The notes under the pieces are model-generated. The model did no database searches and was not told where the DNA came from. It saw only the letters and a list, made by a program, of their open reading frames with translations. This document shows, one piece after another, positions 24,618 through 32,000 of a stretch of DNA of 32,000 nt. The position numbers were made by a program, and so were the translations under genes. How positions within the stretch are numbered: position 1 is the first letter of the stretch; every line of letters starts with the position of its first letter. Source of the stretch: Cupriavidus necator (GTDB lineage: Bacteria > Pseudomonadota > Gammaproteobacteria > Burkholderiales > Burkholderiaceae); assembly GCF_016127575.1 (NCBI RefSeq), contig NZ_CP066019.1:2880001-2912000 (forward strand), in the 5' to 3' direction.

Positions 24618-25463
24618 ATGTTGCAGACTTCCTTCCCGACCCCAGCAGCCCCTCGCAGCGCCGGTCATGCGGCCGCGGCGATGCTGCTCGGGGCCGGTTT
24701 GGCCTGTGCCGGCACGGCGCAGGCCACCATGCTGCCACAGCCCGACGCCCTCGACGCGTCGGCGCTTCCATTGCAGGGGGCCATGCCCTCGAGCGACGGG
24801 CAGGACCAAAACCCTCTGGCTGCCGCACGCGGCAGCATGGCCGGCTGGAAACCGGTAGCACACGAAAAACTCGACGACATGCGGGGCGGCTTCGAAGTGC
24901 CGGGCCTGCAGGTTTCGTTCGGTATCGAACGCGCGGTGTACATCAACGGGGCCCTGGTGGTTGCCACCAGCATTAACATCCCCGATGTCAGCCGTATCAC
25001 CGCCGACCAGGCTGCGCGGCTTGCCTCGACGCTGGGCCCGGCCATCGTTGCCAGCACCAATGCGGCGGTCGCCAACGCGCTGGCGGCGGCGGGCGCGGCC
25101 GGTTCGGATGGGAGCGCCACCTCGGCGGCCAATGGCGCCTCGGCCAGCAGCACCGGCACGTCCGGGGCCGGTTCGGGCGCCAGCGGTGCGGCGGGCTTGC
25201 CGGCGGCGGTGGTGAATACGGCCACCGGTCAGGTCGTGAGCAATGGGCTGTTGAACGTGATCCAGAACGGCCCGGGCAATGCGGCATCGGTGGGATCGCT
25301 GGCGGGGACGCCAACGACCGTGATCCAGAACACCTTGAACAACCAGAGCATCCGGAGCCTGATGACAATCGACGCAAGCGTAAATACGCTGCAGGCATTC
25401 CGGTCGCAGTTGGCCAACACCACGCTGAACAACGCGCTGATGCGGGCCGCAAGCATGAGGTAG
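24618..25463 (+). CDS. Secreted 281-aa Ala/Gly/Ser/Asn-rich protein with a double-glycine-type pro-region (third cargo paralogue, in the FapE position)
   Basis: Start at ATG 24618 with GAGGA 7 nt upstream, 10 nt after the peptidase stop. The signal peptide ends ...AGLACAGTAQA|T. KLDDMRGG lies at aa 84-91 (nt 24867..24890). There is a central low-complexity AAAGAAGSDGSATSAANGASASSTGTSGAGSGASGAAG stretch. The C-terminal region has LAGTPTTVIQNTLNNQ and LLNVIQNGPGNAAS motifs related to genes 1 and 2. Confidence 0.8.
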   Translation: MLQTSFPTPAAPRSAGHAAAAMLLGAGLACAGTAQATMLPQPDALDASALPLQGAMPSSDGQDQNPLAAARGSMAGWKPVAHEKLDDMRGGFEVPGLQVSFGIERAVYINGALVVATSINIPDVSRITADQAARLASTLGPAIVASTNAAVANALAAAGAAGSDGSATSAANGASASSTGTSGAGSGASGAAGLPAAVVNTATGQVVSNGLLNVIQNGPGNAASVGSLAGTPTTVIQNTLNNQSIRSLMTIDASVNTLQAFRSQLANTTLNNALMRAASMR

Positions 25464-25539
25464 TCGTAGCGAGGCATCGGGCAGTACAGGTCGCAGGCTC
25501 CTGCAAGAACAGCCTGCCGTCCCGGGGGAGGAAGACGTC

Positions 25540-26979
25540 ATGAAGAAGCGGTCGATGCAGGGCATTCGCAATGCGGGATGCTCGACGTTACTGTTGCTCG
25601 GCGGCCTGGCGCAGGCCCAGACGCCGCCGGATGCGGGACCACCCGCAGCCGGACTGGAAGCACTGCAGAAGGAGCTTGCCGAACAGGCCACCCAGCTCGA
25701 CGCCATGAAGCGGGCGCTGGCCGAACAGGAGGCGCTGATCCGCGAACTGCGTAACGTGATCGGCACCGAGGTGCTGGCCAACAAGCGCGGCGGCCAGCGC
25801 GCGGGGCCAGGCGTGTCGCCGTCCGACAATGCCACCAACGCCGCTACCGCGGCGGCCGCTGCCAGCGCCACCCAGTCAGCGCCCAACGCGGTCAACAACC
25901 CGCAGCAGATCATTCTCCAGCCACCGCAGGACATGGCCCAGGGTCCGCAGGCGGGCGAGTCCGCCGACCGGCAGACCGTGGCCCTGGAAGAACCCGTGGG
26001 CCGCCCGCCGGAGGAAGACCGCCGTCCGCCTGAGATCGCGCCGATCATCGACCAGCCCGGCGTGCTGACCGCCCAGGGCAAGCTGGTGATCGAGCCCGGC
26101 TTCCAGTACGGCTATTCGTCCAATAACCGCGTCGCGCTGGTCGGCTACACGGTCATCCCGGCCATCCTGATCGGCCTGGTCGATGTGCGCGAAGTCAAGA
26201 CCTCGACCTACATCCCGTCGGTAGCGTTTCGCTACGGCCTGACCAAGCGGCTGGAAATCGAAGCCAAGGTGCCTTACGTGCACTCATCGGGCCAGACAGT
26301 CAGCCGCGAGGTCTTCACCGGCACGGCCGTCGACCGCGTGTTCAATGCGAGCGGCAGCGGTATCGGCGACGTCGAGGCGACGGTGCGCTACCAGCTCAAC
26401 TACGGCAACGAGAAGATTCCGTACTTCGTCGGCTGGCTGCGCTACAAGTCCAATACCGGCACCGACCCGTTCGAGGTCGTGACCGACTGCGTGACGCGCT
26501 GCGTGGGCAATGCCACCGGCACCGGCCTGCCGCTCGGGTTGCCCACCGGCACCGGCTTCCAGGCGATCCAGCCCGGCATCACCTGGCTGCTGCCGACTGA
26601 CCCGGCGGTGTTCTTCGGCACCTTCAGCTACCTGCACAACTTTGCGCGCGACAACGTGAGCCGCACCGTGCTGAACGGCGAGAAGGAGAATCTCGGCAAG
26701 ATCGCCCCCGGCGACATCTTCGAGTTCAGCTTCGGCATGGGCCTGTCGCTCAATGAGAAGGCGTCGTTCAGCATCGGCTATGACCAGGCCATCATCTGGC
26801 CGACCAAGCAGAACGGCCAGACCGTGCCGGGCTCGGTGCGCGTGACCCAGGGCACCTTGCTGGTGGGCTATTCGTACCGCTTCAACAACCGCTACACGGT
26901 GAACCTTTCAGTGGGTGCGGGGCTGACGCGCGACACCCCCGACCTGCAGGTGAACCTGCGCCTGCCAATCACTTTCTGA
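25540..26979 (+). CDS. Outer-membrane beta-barrel channel with N-terminal coiled coil and long linker (FapF-like / MetA-pathway-type OM transporter)
   Basis: GGGGGAGGAAG lies upstream of ATG 25540. The signal peptide is ...LLLLGGLAQA|Q. The heptad-like helix GLEALQKELAEQATQLDAMKRALAEQEALIRELRNVIG spans aa 38-75. A Pro/Ala/Gln/Asn-rich linker of about 95 aa follows. The remainder shows alternating-hydrophobic beta-strand patterning (VIEPGFQYGYSS, GIGDVEATVRYQL, LLVGYSYRF) and ends in the OMP-type terminus NLRLPITF. Confidence 0.85.
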   Translation: MKKRSMQGIRNAGCSTLLLLGGLAQAQTPPDAGPPAAGLEALQKELAEQATQLDAMKRALAEQEALIRELRNVIGTEVLANKRGGQRAGPGVSPSDNATNAATAAAAASATQSAPNAVNNPQQIILQPPQDMAQGPQAGESADRQTVALEEPVGRPPEEDRRPPEIAPIIDQPGVLTAQGKLVIEPGFQYGYSSNNRVALVGYTVIPAILIGLVDVREVKTSTYIPSVAFRYGLTKRLEIEAKVPYVHSSGQTVSREVFTGTAVDRVFNASGSGIGDVEATVRYQLNYGNEKIPYFVGWLRYKSNTGTDPFEVVTDCVTRCVGNATGTGLPLGLPTGTGFQAIQPGITWLLPTDPAVFFGTFSYLHNFARDNVSRTVLNGEKENLGKIAPGDIFEFSFGMGLSLNEKASFSIGYDQAIIWPTKQNGQTVPGSVRVTQGTLLVGYSYRFNNRYTVNLSVGAGLTRDTPDLQVNLRLPITF

Positions 26980-27013
26980 CGCGCCTTGCTGCGAATTTCC
27001 GCCTGACGTGACG

Positions 27014-27038
27014 CGTGCCCCGCATGTGCGGGGGCACG
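27014..27038 (+). terminator. GC-rich hairpin 35 nt after the barrel-gene stop (candidate operon terminator)
   Basis: CGTGCCCCGC-ATGT-GCG(G)GGGCACG, a 10-bp stem with one bulged G. No clear U-tract follows. Confidence 0.4.
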
Positions 27039-27193
27039 TGCGCATCACATCCGCGGCGAGGGTGCGCAGGCACGGAAACGCGCCTTGCGCTGGCCCCTTG
27101 AACGGCGTACAAAGAAATAACCCCGCGCCGCCAGCGGTACTTTCTGACCAGGCTCAAACTCACCGGCGGTGCGGCCTGAAAAAGGAGAGAGAC

Positions 27194-27706
27194 ATGCGCA
27201 AACGCATCTTCTGGTTGTTGCCCGACCTGGCGAGTGCCCGTCGCACCATGGACGACCTGCTGCTTGCCCGGCTCGAGAACCGCCACATCCACTTCGTGGC
27301 GCGCGACGGCTCCGACATGACCGGCCTGCATGAAGCCAACCTGTTCCAGACCTCCGACATCGTGCATGCCGCCGAGATGGGCTTGATGGTCGGCGGCGGC
27401 GTGGGCGTCGTGGCCGGCGTCGTGGTGGCGATGTTCCCGATCGTCAGCGACACCCCGCAGTGGGGCCTCGTCGGCGTGCTGGCGGTGCTGGGCGCGGTGT
27501 TTGGCGCGTGGGCCTCGAGCATGATCGGCAGTTCGGCACCCAACAGCCGGCTGCGTGCATTCGAGAAGGACATCGAGGCCGGCAAGATCCTGCTGATGGT
27601 CGACGTGCCGCGCAGCCGTGTCGAGGAAATCGAAACCCTGCTCGCGAACGCGCATCCGGAAGCCAGCTTTGCGGGGTTGGACCCGGCTGTGCCGGCTTTC
27701 CCCTGA
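27194..27706 (+). CDS. Small membrane protein of unknown function (two Gly-zipper-like TM segments)
   Basis: Start at ATG 27194 with AAGGAGAG upstream. It is 170 aa, with a soluble N-terminal domain, hydrophobic GLMVGGGVGVVAGVVVAMFPI and WGLVGVLAVLGAVFGAWASSMIG segments, and a soluble C-terminal domain. The upstream codons of the track ORF were rejected. Confidence 0.7.
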   Translation: MRKRIFWLLPDLASARRTMDDLLLARLENRHIHFVARDGSDMTGLHEANLFQTSDIVHAAEMGLMVGGGVGVVAGVVVAMFPIVSDTPQWGLVGVLAVLGAVFGAWASSMIGSSAPNSRLRAFEKDIEAGKILLMVDVPRSRVEEIETLLANAHPEASFAGLDPAVPAFP

Positions 27707-27810
27707 GCCGTCGGCGTATCGTCGCTTATTGTCGTTCAACGCGGTCGCATGTCTTTCCGCGCGCCCTTGCGGCGCGCCCTGACGCGCATCCTTTAGCGCG
27801 CCCCGGCTCG

Positions 27811-27838
27811 CACCGGAACCGCCTTCGCGGTTCCGGTG
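27811..27838 (+). terminator. Perfect 12-bp hairpin downstream of the small membrane-protein gene
   Basis: CACCGGAACCGC-CTTC-GCGGTTCCGGTG, read directly. It lies 105 nt after the stop at 27706. No U-tract follows. Confidence 0.4.
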
Positions 27839-27979
27839 TGATGCCGCTGCAACACTCCGATCTTTCCCGGTTTGCCCCCATGAGACGCATGCGGTAACTT
27901 GCGTAACGGCGCGCGGCCGTGCATGCCGCGCCGCCATACACAATGAAGGACAGCCGCACAGGCGCAAGGGGTCGAGACA

Positions 27980-29116
27980 ATGAAAGCGAAATGGATCGCG
28001 TGCGGCATGCTGGCCGCCACGCTGGGATGGGCCGCACAGACGGCCCTGGCGGAACCGGGCGTGACCCGCAACACCATCCGCATCGGCCAGTCGGCCGGCG
28101 TCACCGGTCCGGTGGCGGGTTCGGTCAAGGAGCAGATCGCCGGCGCGCAGGTGTACCTGCGCACCATCAACGCCAGCGGCGGCGTGGCCGGGCGGCGCAT
28201 CGAGCTGGTGACCCACGATGACGGCTTCGATGCCAAGCGCACGCCCGACAATGTGCGCAAGCTGATCGACGAGGACAAGGTGTTCGCGCTCTTCATGGTG
28301 CGCGGCACGCCGCAGAACGAAAGCATCCTGCCCATCATCGCCGCGCAGAAGGTGCCGCTGGTGGCGCCGCTGACCGGCGCCATCACGCTGCACCGGCCGG
28401 TCAACCGCTACGTGTTCAATGTGCGCGCCAAGTACCAGGACGAGGTGGCGCGCGCGATCAACCACCTGGCCACCTCGGGCATGAGCCGCATCGGCATCTT
28501 CTACGCCAACGACGGTTTTGGCCGGGACGTGCTCGAAGGCTACAGCGCCGCGCTGCAGGCGCGCGGGGTGCAGCCGGCGGCGACGGCAAGCTTTGCCCGG
28601 CCCATGGGCGATATCACCCAGAGCGTGGCCGCCATGAACAAGGCCAACCCGCAGGCGGTACTGGTGATCGGCTCGGGCTCCGAGGCGGCGCGCATCATCC
28701 GCGAACTGCGCCGCGCAGGCAGCGAGGCACAGTTCGTCACGCTGTCCAACAACGCCGCCGATTCCTTTATCCGTGAACTGGGCGACGATGCGCGCGGGCT
28801 GATCATCACGCAGGTGGTGCCGGGCACCAACTCCAGCCAGATGACGCTGGCCAGCGAATACCGCAGCCTGGCCAAGCAGCAGGGCGTGGAGCCGTCCAAC
28901 GCCGGCATGGAGGGCTTCATGTCGGCCAAGGTGCTGGTCGAAGGGCTGCGCCGCGCCGGCCCCGACCTGACGCGCGAGCGCCTGGTCACGGCGCTGGAAG
29001 GCATGCGCGACTACGACCTTGGCGGCATCCTGATCAGCTACAGCGCCGAGCGCCATACCGGCTCGTCGTTCGTGGAAATGTCGATCGTCTCGTCCACCGG
29101 CAAGCTGATCCGCTGA
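27980..29116 (+). CDS. ABC-transporter periplasmic substrate-binding protein, branched-chain amino acid (LivK/Peripla_BP_6) type
   Basis: 378 aa with signal peptide MKAKWIACGMLAATLGWAAQTALA. The family N-terminus IRIGQSAGVTGPVAGSVKEQIAGAQVYLRTINASGGVAGRRIELVTHDDGFD is present. Confidence 0.9.
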   Translation: MKAKWIACGMLAATLGWAAQTALAEPGVTRNTIRIGQSAGVTGPVAGSVKEQIAGAQVYLRTINASGGVAGRRIELVTHDDGFDAKRTPDNVRKLIDEDKVFALFMVRGTPQNESILPIIAAQKVPLVAPLTGAITLHRPVNRYVFNVRAKYQDEVARAINHLATSGMSRIGIFYANDGFGRDVLEGYSAALQARGVQPAATASFARPMGDITQSVAAMNKANPQAVLVIGSGSEAARIIRELRRAGSEAQFVTLSNNAADSFIRELGDDARGLIITQVVPGTNSSQMTLASEYRSLAKQQGVEPSNAGMEGFMSAKVLVEGLRRAGPDLTRERLVTALEGMRDYDLGGILISYSAERHTGSSFVEMSIVSSTGKLIR

Positions 29117-29153
29117 AAGCCGCGGATAGGGGGGCTGCGGTATAGTCCCCCGC

Positions 29154-29945
29154 ATGGCTACTCCTACCCTCTCCCCCGATTCCCGTACCCCGTTCTCGCT
29201 GCACGGCCGCGTGGCGCTGGTTACCGGCGGCGCGCAGGGCCTGGGCCTGGCGATTGCCGCCGGGCTGGCCGACGCCGGCGCCCATGTGCTGGTGGTGGCG
29301 CGCAATGCGCAGCGCGTGCAAGCGGCCGTCGCCGCGCTGGCCGCGCGCGGCGGCAGCGCCGAGGCGCTGGTGCTCGATATCACCGATGAAGCCGCCGTGG
29401 CTGCCGCGTTCGACCGCATCGACGCCGCCCATGGCCGGCTCGACATCCTCGTCAACAATGCCGGCGCGCGCAACCGCAGCACCATGGCGCAGCTCGATGC
29501 CGGCGACCTGCGCGCCATGCTCGAGACCAACCTGGTGGCGCCCTACGCGCTGTGCCGGCTCGCCGCGCAGCGCATGCGCGGCGGCGATTACGGGCGCATC
29601 GTCAATGTGAGCTCGATTGCGGGCCAGGTCGCGCGTGCCGGGGACGTGCTCTACCCCGCCACCAAGGGCGGCCTGGATGCGCTCACGCGCGCCATGGCGG
29701 CCGACCTGGGGCGGCACGGCGTCACCGTCAATGCGATCGCCCCGGGCTACTTCGCTACCGAGCCCAACCAGCCCATGGTCGAGGACGAGAGCGTGGCCGA
29801 GTGGCTGCGCCAGCGCACCTCGCTGGGCCGCTGGGGCCAGCCGGAGGAAGTGGCGGGGGCGGTGGTGTTCCTGGCGTCGCCGGCCGCGTCCTATGTCACC
29901 GGGCAGGTGCTGGCCGTGGACGGCGGCTATCTCGGGCACTTCTGA
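29154..29945 (+). CDS. Short-chain dehydrogenase/reductase (SDR) family oxidoreductase
   Basis: 263 aa with the cofactor loop [15 protein letters not shown], and the catalytic Ser...YPATKGG (YxxxK). Confidence 0.9.
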   Translation: MATPTLSPDSRTPFSLHGRVALVTGGAQGLGLAIAAGLADAGAHVLVVARNAQRVQAAVAALAARGGSAEALVLDITDEAAVAAAFDRIDAAHGRLDILVNNAGARNRSTMAQLDAGDLRAMLETNLVAPYALCRLAAQRMRGGDYGRIVNVSSIAGQVARAGDVLYPATKGGLDALTRAMAADLGRHGVTVNAIAPGYFATEPNQPMVEDESVAEWLRQRTSLGRWGQPEEVAGAVVFLASPAASYVTGQVLAVDGGYLGHF

Positions 29946-30003
29946 GCCGCCGTCGGCGGCAAGGCGTACGTACCCAATTCTGCGTGCCGCTCCTGGCGGG
30001 TTT

Positions 30004-30909
30004 TCAGCGCCGCGCGGGCGGCTTGCCGCCGCGGTAGAACGCCTGCAGGCAGTCGATCATCGCGGCTGCAGCGGCCGAGTCGCCGCGGTCCTTGAGCCGC
30101 ACCAGGCAGATATCGCGCACCAGCGACGGCAGCTGCAGTGGCCGGATCGCCAGCCCCTCGCGCCGGAACTGAAACAGCGCCAGCGACGGCACCGCGCTCA
30201 CGCCCAGCCCCGCCTGCACCAGCGCCGCCACCGTCGCCAGGTGCTCCACCTCCATCACGCTGGTCAGGCGCAACGGATGCAGCGCGGCGTCCAGGTGCTG
30301 GCGCACGCTGGTCGTGCGCGACAGCTGGATAAACGGCAGGCCCGCCAGCATCTGCGGCGTGATGCGGCGCTTGCGCGCCAGCGCATGGTCCGCCGGGCAC
30401 ACCAGGTGGAAGGTGTCGCGCACCAGCGGCTCCACGCGCAGGTCTTCGTCCTGGGCCGGTGCCGGGGCCAGCGCAAAGTCGGCGCGGCCCTGGCGGACCA
30501 GTTCGATGCAGCCGTCGGCGAGCTGGTCGAACAGCTCCAGCGCGATGCCCGGATACAGCGCGCGGAACTGCGCCAGCAGCGGCGGCAAGTCGCCGCCGGC
30601 CAGCGACGGCAGCGCCGCGATCGACACCCGCCCCTTGCGCCGCTCGGCGTGCGCGCGCAGGTCCTCGAACGCGGTTTCGAAATCGGCCAGCAGCCGGCGC
30701 GCGGTCTGCTCGAAGCGCACGCCGTCGCTGCTCAGCTCCACATGCCGCGTGGTGCGTTCGAACAGCCGGCTGCCGGCCTGTTCCTCCAGTGTCTGCACCA
30801 GCGCGCTGAAGGCCGATTGCGACAGGTGGCAGGCGCGCGCCGCGCGCGTGAAGTTGCGGTAGGTGGCCAGCGCCACGAAGGCGCGCAGGTGCTTGACCGA
30901 GAGGTTCAT
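30004..30909 (-). CDS. LysR-family transcriptional regulator
   Basis: 301 aa with the wHTH LRAFVALATYRNFTRAARACHLSQSAFSALVQTLEEQAG. It is divergent from the AtuA-like gene. Confidence 0.9.
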   Translation of the reverse strand: MNLSVKHLRAFVALATYRNFTRAARACHLSQSAFSALVQTLEEQAGSRLFERTTRHVELSSDGVRFEQTARRLLADFETAFEDLRAHAERRKGRVSIAALPSLAGGDLPPLLAQFRALYPGIALELFDQLADGCIELVRQGRADFALAPAPAQDEDLRVEPLVRDTFHLVCPADHALARKRRITPQMLAGLPFIQLSRTTSVRQHLDAALHPLRLTSVMEVEHLATVAALVQAGLGVSAVPSLALFQFRREGLAIRPLQLPSLVRDICLVRLKDRGDSAAAAAMIDCLQAFYRGGKPPARR

Positions 30910-30923
30910 GGGCTGGCGGATTT

Positions 30924-30938
30924 ATCCACTAAGTCGAT
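30924..30938. promoter_or_regulatory. LysR-type box ATC-N9-GAT (T-N11-A) in a divergent promoter
   Basis: ATCCACTAAGTCGAT was read directly. It is flanked by the palindromes GGATTTATCC (30918..30927) and GATTAATC (30940..30947) in the only AT-rich stretch between the LysR gene and the AtuA-like gene. Confidence 0.4.
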
Positions 30939-31021
30939 AGATTAATCCAAATAATCCGTTTTTTGGCTGGACGTACCAGCCCTAGAATGGGATCGACCCC
31001 ACCAACGACCTGCCCCCGACC

Positions 31022-32000
31022 ATGACTGCTCCCTTGCTGATCGGCTCCGGCGCCGGCTTCTCCGGCGACCGCACCGATGCCGCGCTGCCGGTGGTGCGCA
31101 CGCTGATTGCCTCCGGCCAGCCGGCCGCGCTGATCTTCGAGACCCTGGCCGAGCGCACACTCGCGCTGGCGCAGCTGGCGCGGCGCAACGATCCCGCGCA
31201 GGGCTACGAGCCGCTGCTCGATGCGCTGCTGGTGCCGGTGCTGGGCCTGTGCCTGCAACACCGCATTCCCATCGTCGGCAATTTCGGCGCCGCCAATCCG
31301 CGCGCCGCGGCGCGGCGCGTGCTGCAGCTGGCGCAGGAACTGTGCCTGCCCGCGCCGCGTGTTGCGGTAGTGGAGGGCGATGACCTGTCCGACGATGCGG
31401 GACGCGCGCGCTTGCACGGCATTCTTGGCGATGCATTCGACGCCGATCGCTTCGTCTGCGCCAACGCCTATATCGGCGCGCAAGGCATCGCCGAGGCGAT
31501 CTCCGCCGGCGCCCAGGTGGTGGTGTGCGGACGCGTGGCCGATCCGGCGCTGGCCGTGGGGCCGGCGATGGCGCACTTTGGCTGGTCGTGGGACGACTGG
31601 GACCGCCTGGCCGCCGCGACCATGGCCGGCCACCTGCTTGAATGCGGGGCGCAGGTCAGCGGCGGCTACTTTGCCGATCCCGGCATGAAGGACGTACCCG
31701 ATGTGCATGCGGTGGGCTTCCCGATCGCGCAGCTGGCCGAGGACGGCGGCATCGAGATCTTCAAGGCCGCCGGCACCGGCGGCTGCGTCGACCTGCGCAC
31801 GGTCAAGGAGCAGCTGCTGTACGAGGTCCACGATCCGGCCGCGTACCTGACGCCTGACGTGGTCGCAGATATTGGTACGGTCACGGTCACGCAACTGGCC
31901 CCCGACCGCGTGGCGGTGCGCAATGTGCGCGGCCATCCCCGCCCGGCGCAGCTCAAGGCCAATGTGTTCAGCCACGGCGGCTGGCTGGCCGAGGGCGAAA
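31022..32000 (+). CDS. Acyclic terpene utilisation AtuA-family (DUF1446) protein, 3'-truncated by the window end
   Basis: This ORF is not in the track because it stays open to the window end. My manual translation from ATG 31022 reads MTAPLLIGSGAGFSGDRTDAALPVVRTLI...GHLLECGAQVSGGYFADPG...KEQLLYEVHDPAAYLTPDV..., with no stop through 31999. Confidence 0.85.
   Translation, partial: MTAPLLIGSGAGFSGDRTDAALPVVRTLIASGQPAALIFETLAERTLALAQLARRNDPAQGYEPLLDALLVPVLGLCLQHRIPIVGNFGAANPRAAARRVLQLAQELCLPAPRVAVVEGDDLSDDAGRARLHGILGDAFDADRFVCANAYIGAQGIAEAISAGAQVVVCGRVADPALAVGPAMAHFGWSWDDWDRLAAATMAGHLLECGAQVSGGYFADPGMKDVPDVHAVGFPIAQLAEDGGIEIFKAAGTGGCVDLRTVKEQLLYEVHDPAAYLTPDVVADIGTVTVTQLAPDRVAVRNVRGHPRPAQLKANVFSHGGWLAEGE

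Noticed and set aside
26969-29530. 853-aa minus-strand ORF spanning the small membrane-protein, binding-protein and SDR genes
   Set aside because: The translation is Arg/Ala/Gly-rich with no recognisable domain. It runs antisense to three plus-strand genes that have clear family signatures. This is a classic high-GC shadow ORF.
30929-31975. 348-aa minus-strand ORF opposite the AtuA-like gene
   Set aside because: It is an antisense shadow. The plus-strand frame, which is not in the track because it is open-ended, translates to a clear DUF1446/AtuA-like sequence.

Overview
High-GC segment, visibly about two-thirds G+C, with codon usage and gene content typical of a betaproteobacterium. The Bug/TctC solute receptor and the LysR/GntR-rich gene context suggest a Cupriavidus/Ralstonia-like Burkholderiaceae genome, which is an inference. 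No rRNA, tRNA, CRISPR array or transposase was seen. Gene map: (a) 1-11.0 kb is a surface-polysaccharide locus. It holds a Wzc-type tyrosine autokinase, a PglF/CapD-type 4,6-dehydratase, a DegT/PglE-type aminotransferase, a markedly AT-richer FemAB/GNAT-like acyltransferase, a PAP2-like membrane protein, a GT2 glycosyltransferase and an atypical LuxR-type response regulator. (b) 11.7-12.2 kb holds two small secreted Pro/His/Trp-rich proteins. (c) 12.9-16.1 kb holds cyanase cynS, a CynX-like MFS transporter, a nucleoside deaminase and a LysR regulator. (d) 16.5-21.1 kb holds a phosphoribosyltransferase and a GntR / Bug / LeuC-like / LeuD-like operon. (e) 21.8-27.0 kb is the most interesting part, a five-gene operon. 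It encodes three Sec-exported, Cys-free, Gly/Ala/Asn/Gln-rich paralogous proteins, one of them 504 aa with a PGRS-like central region of about 300 aa that I hand-count at about 45% Gly. It also encodes a stand-alone signal-peptide-bearing C39 cysteine peptidase and an outer-membrane beta-barrel with an N-terminal coiled coil. The two smaller cargo proteins carry an identical-class KLDD[IM]RGG double-glycine motif about 55 aa downstream of their Sec signal peptides, and the large one has DVVRGG. The architecture resembles FapD-FapE-FapF of the Pseudomonas functional-amyloid system, but the cargo is very different and there is no FapA-like gene. I propose a divergent, probably undescribed, Fap-like fibre/matrix secretion system with periplasmic double-glycine processing. 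(f) 27.2-32.0 kb holds a small membrane protein, a LivK-like binding protein, an SDR, a LysR regulator and a partial AtuA/DUF1446-like gene. Many long ORFs in the six-frame track are antisense or out-of-frame artefacts of the high GC content and were rejected.
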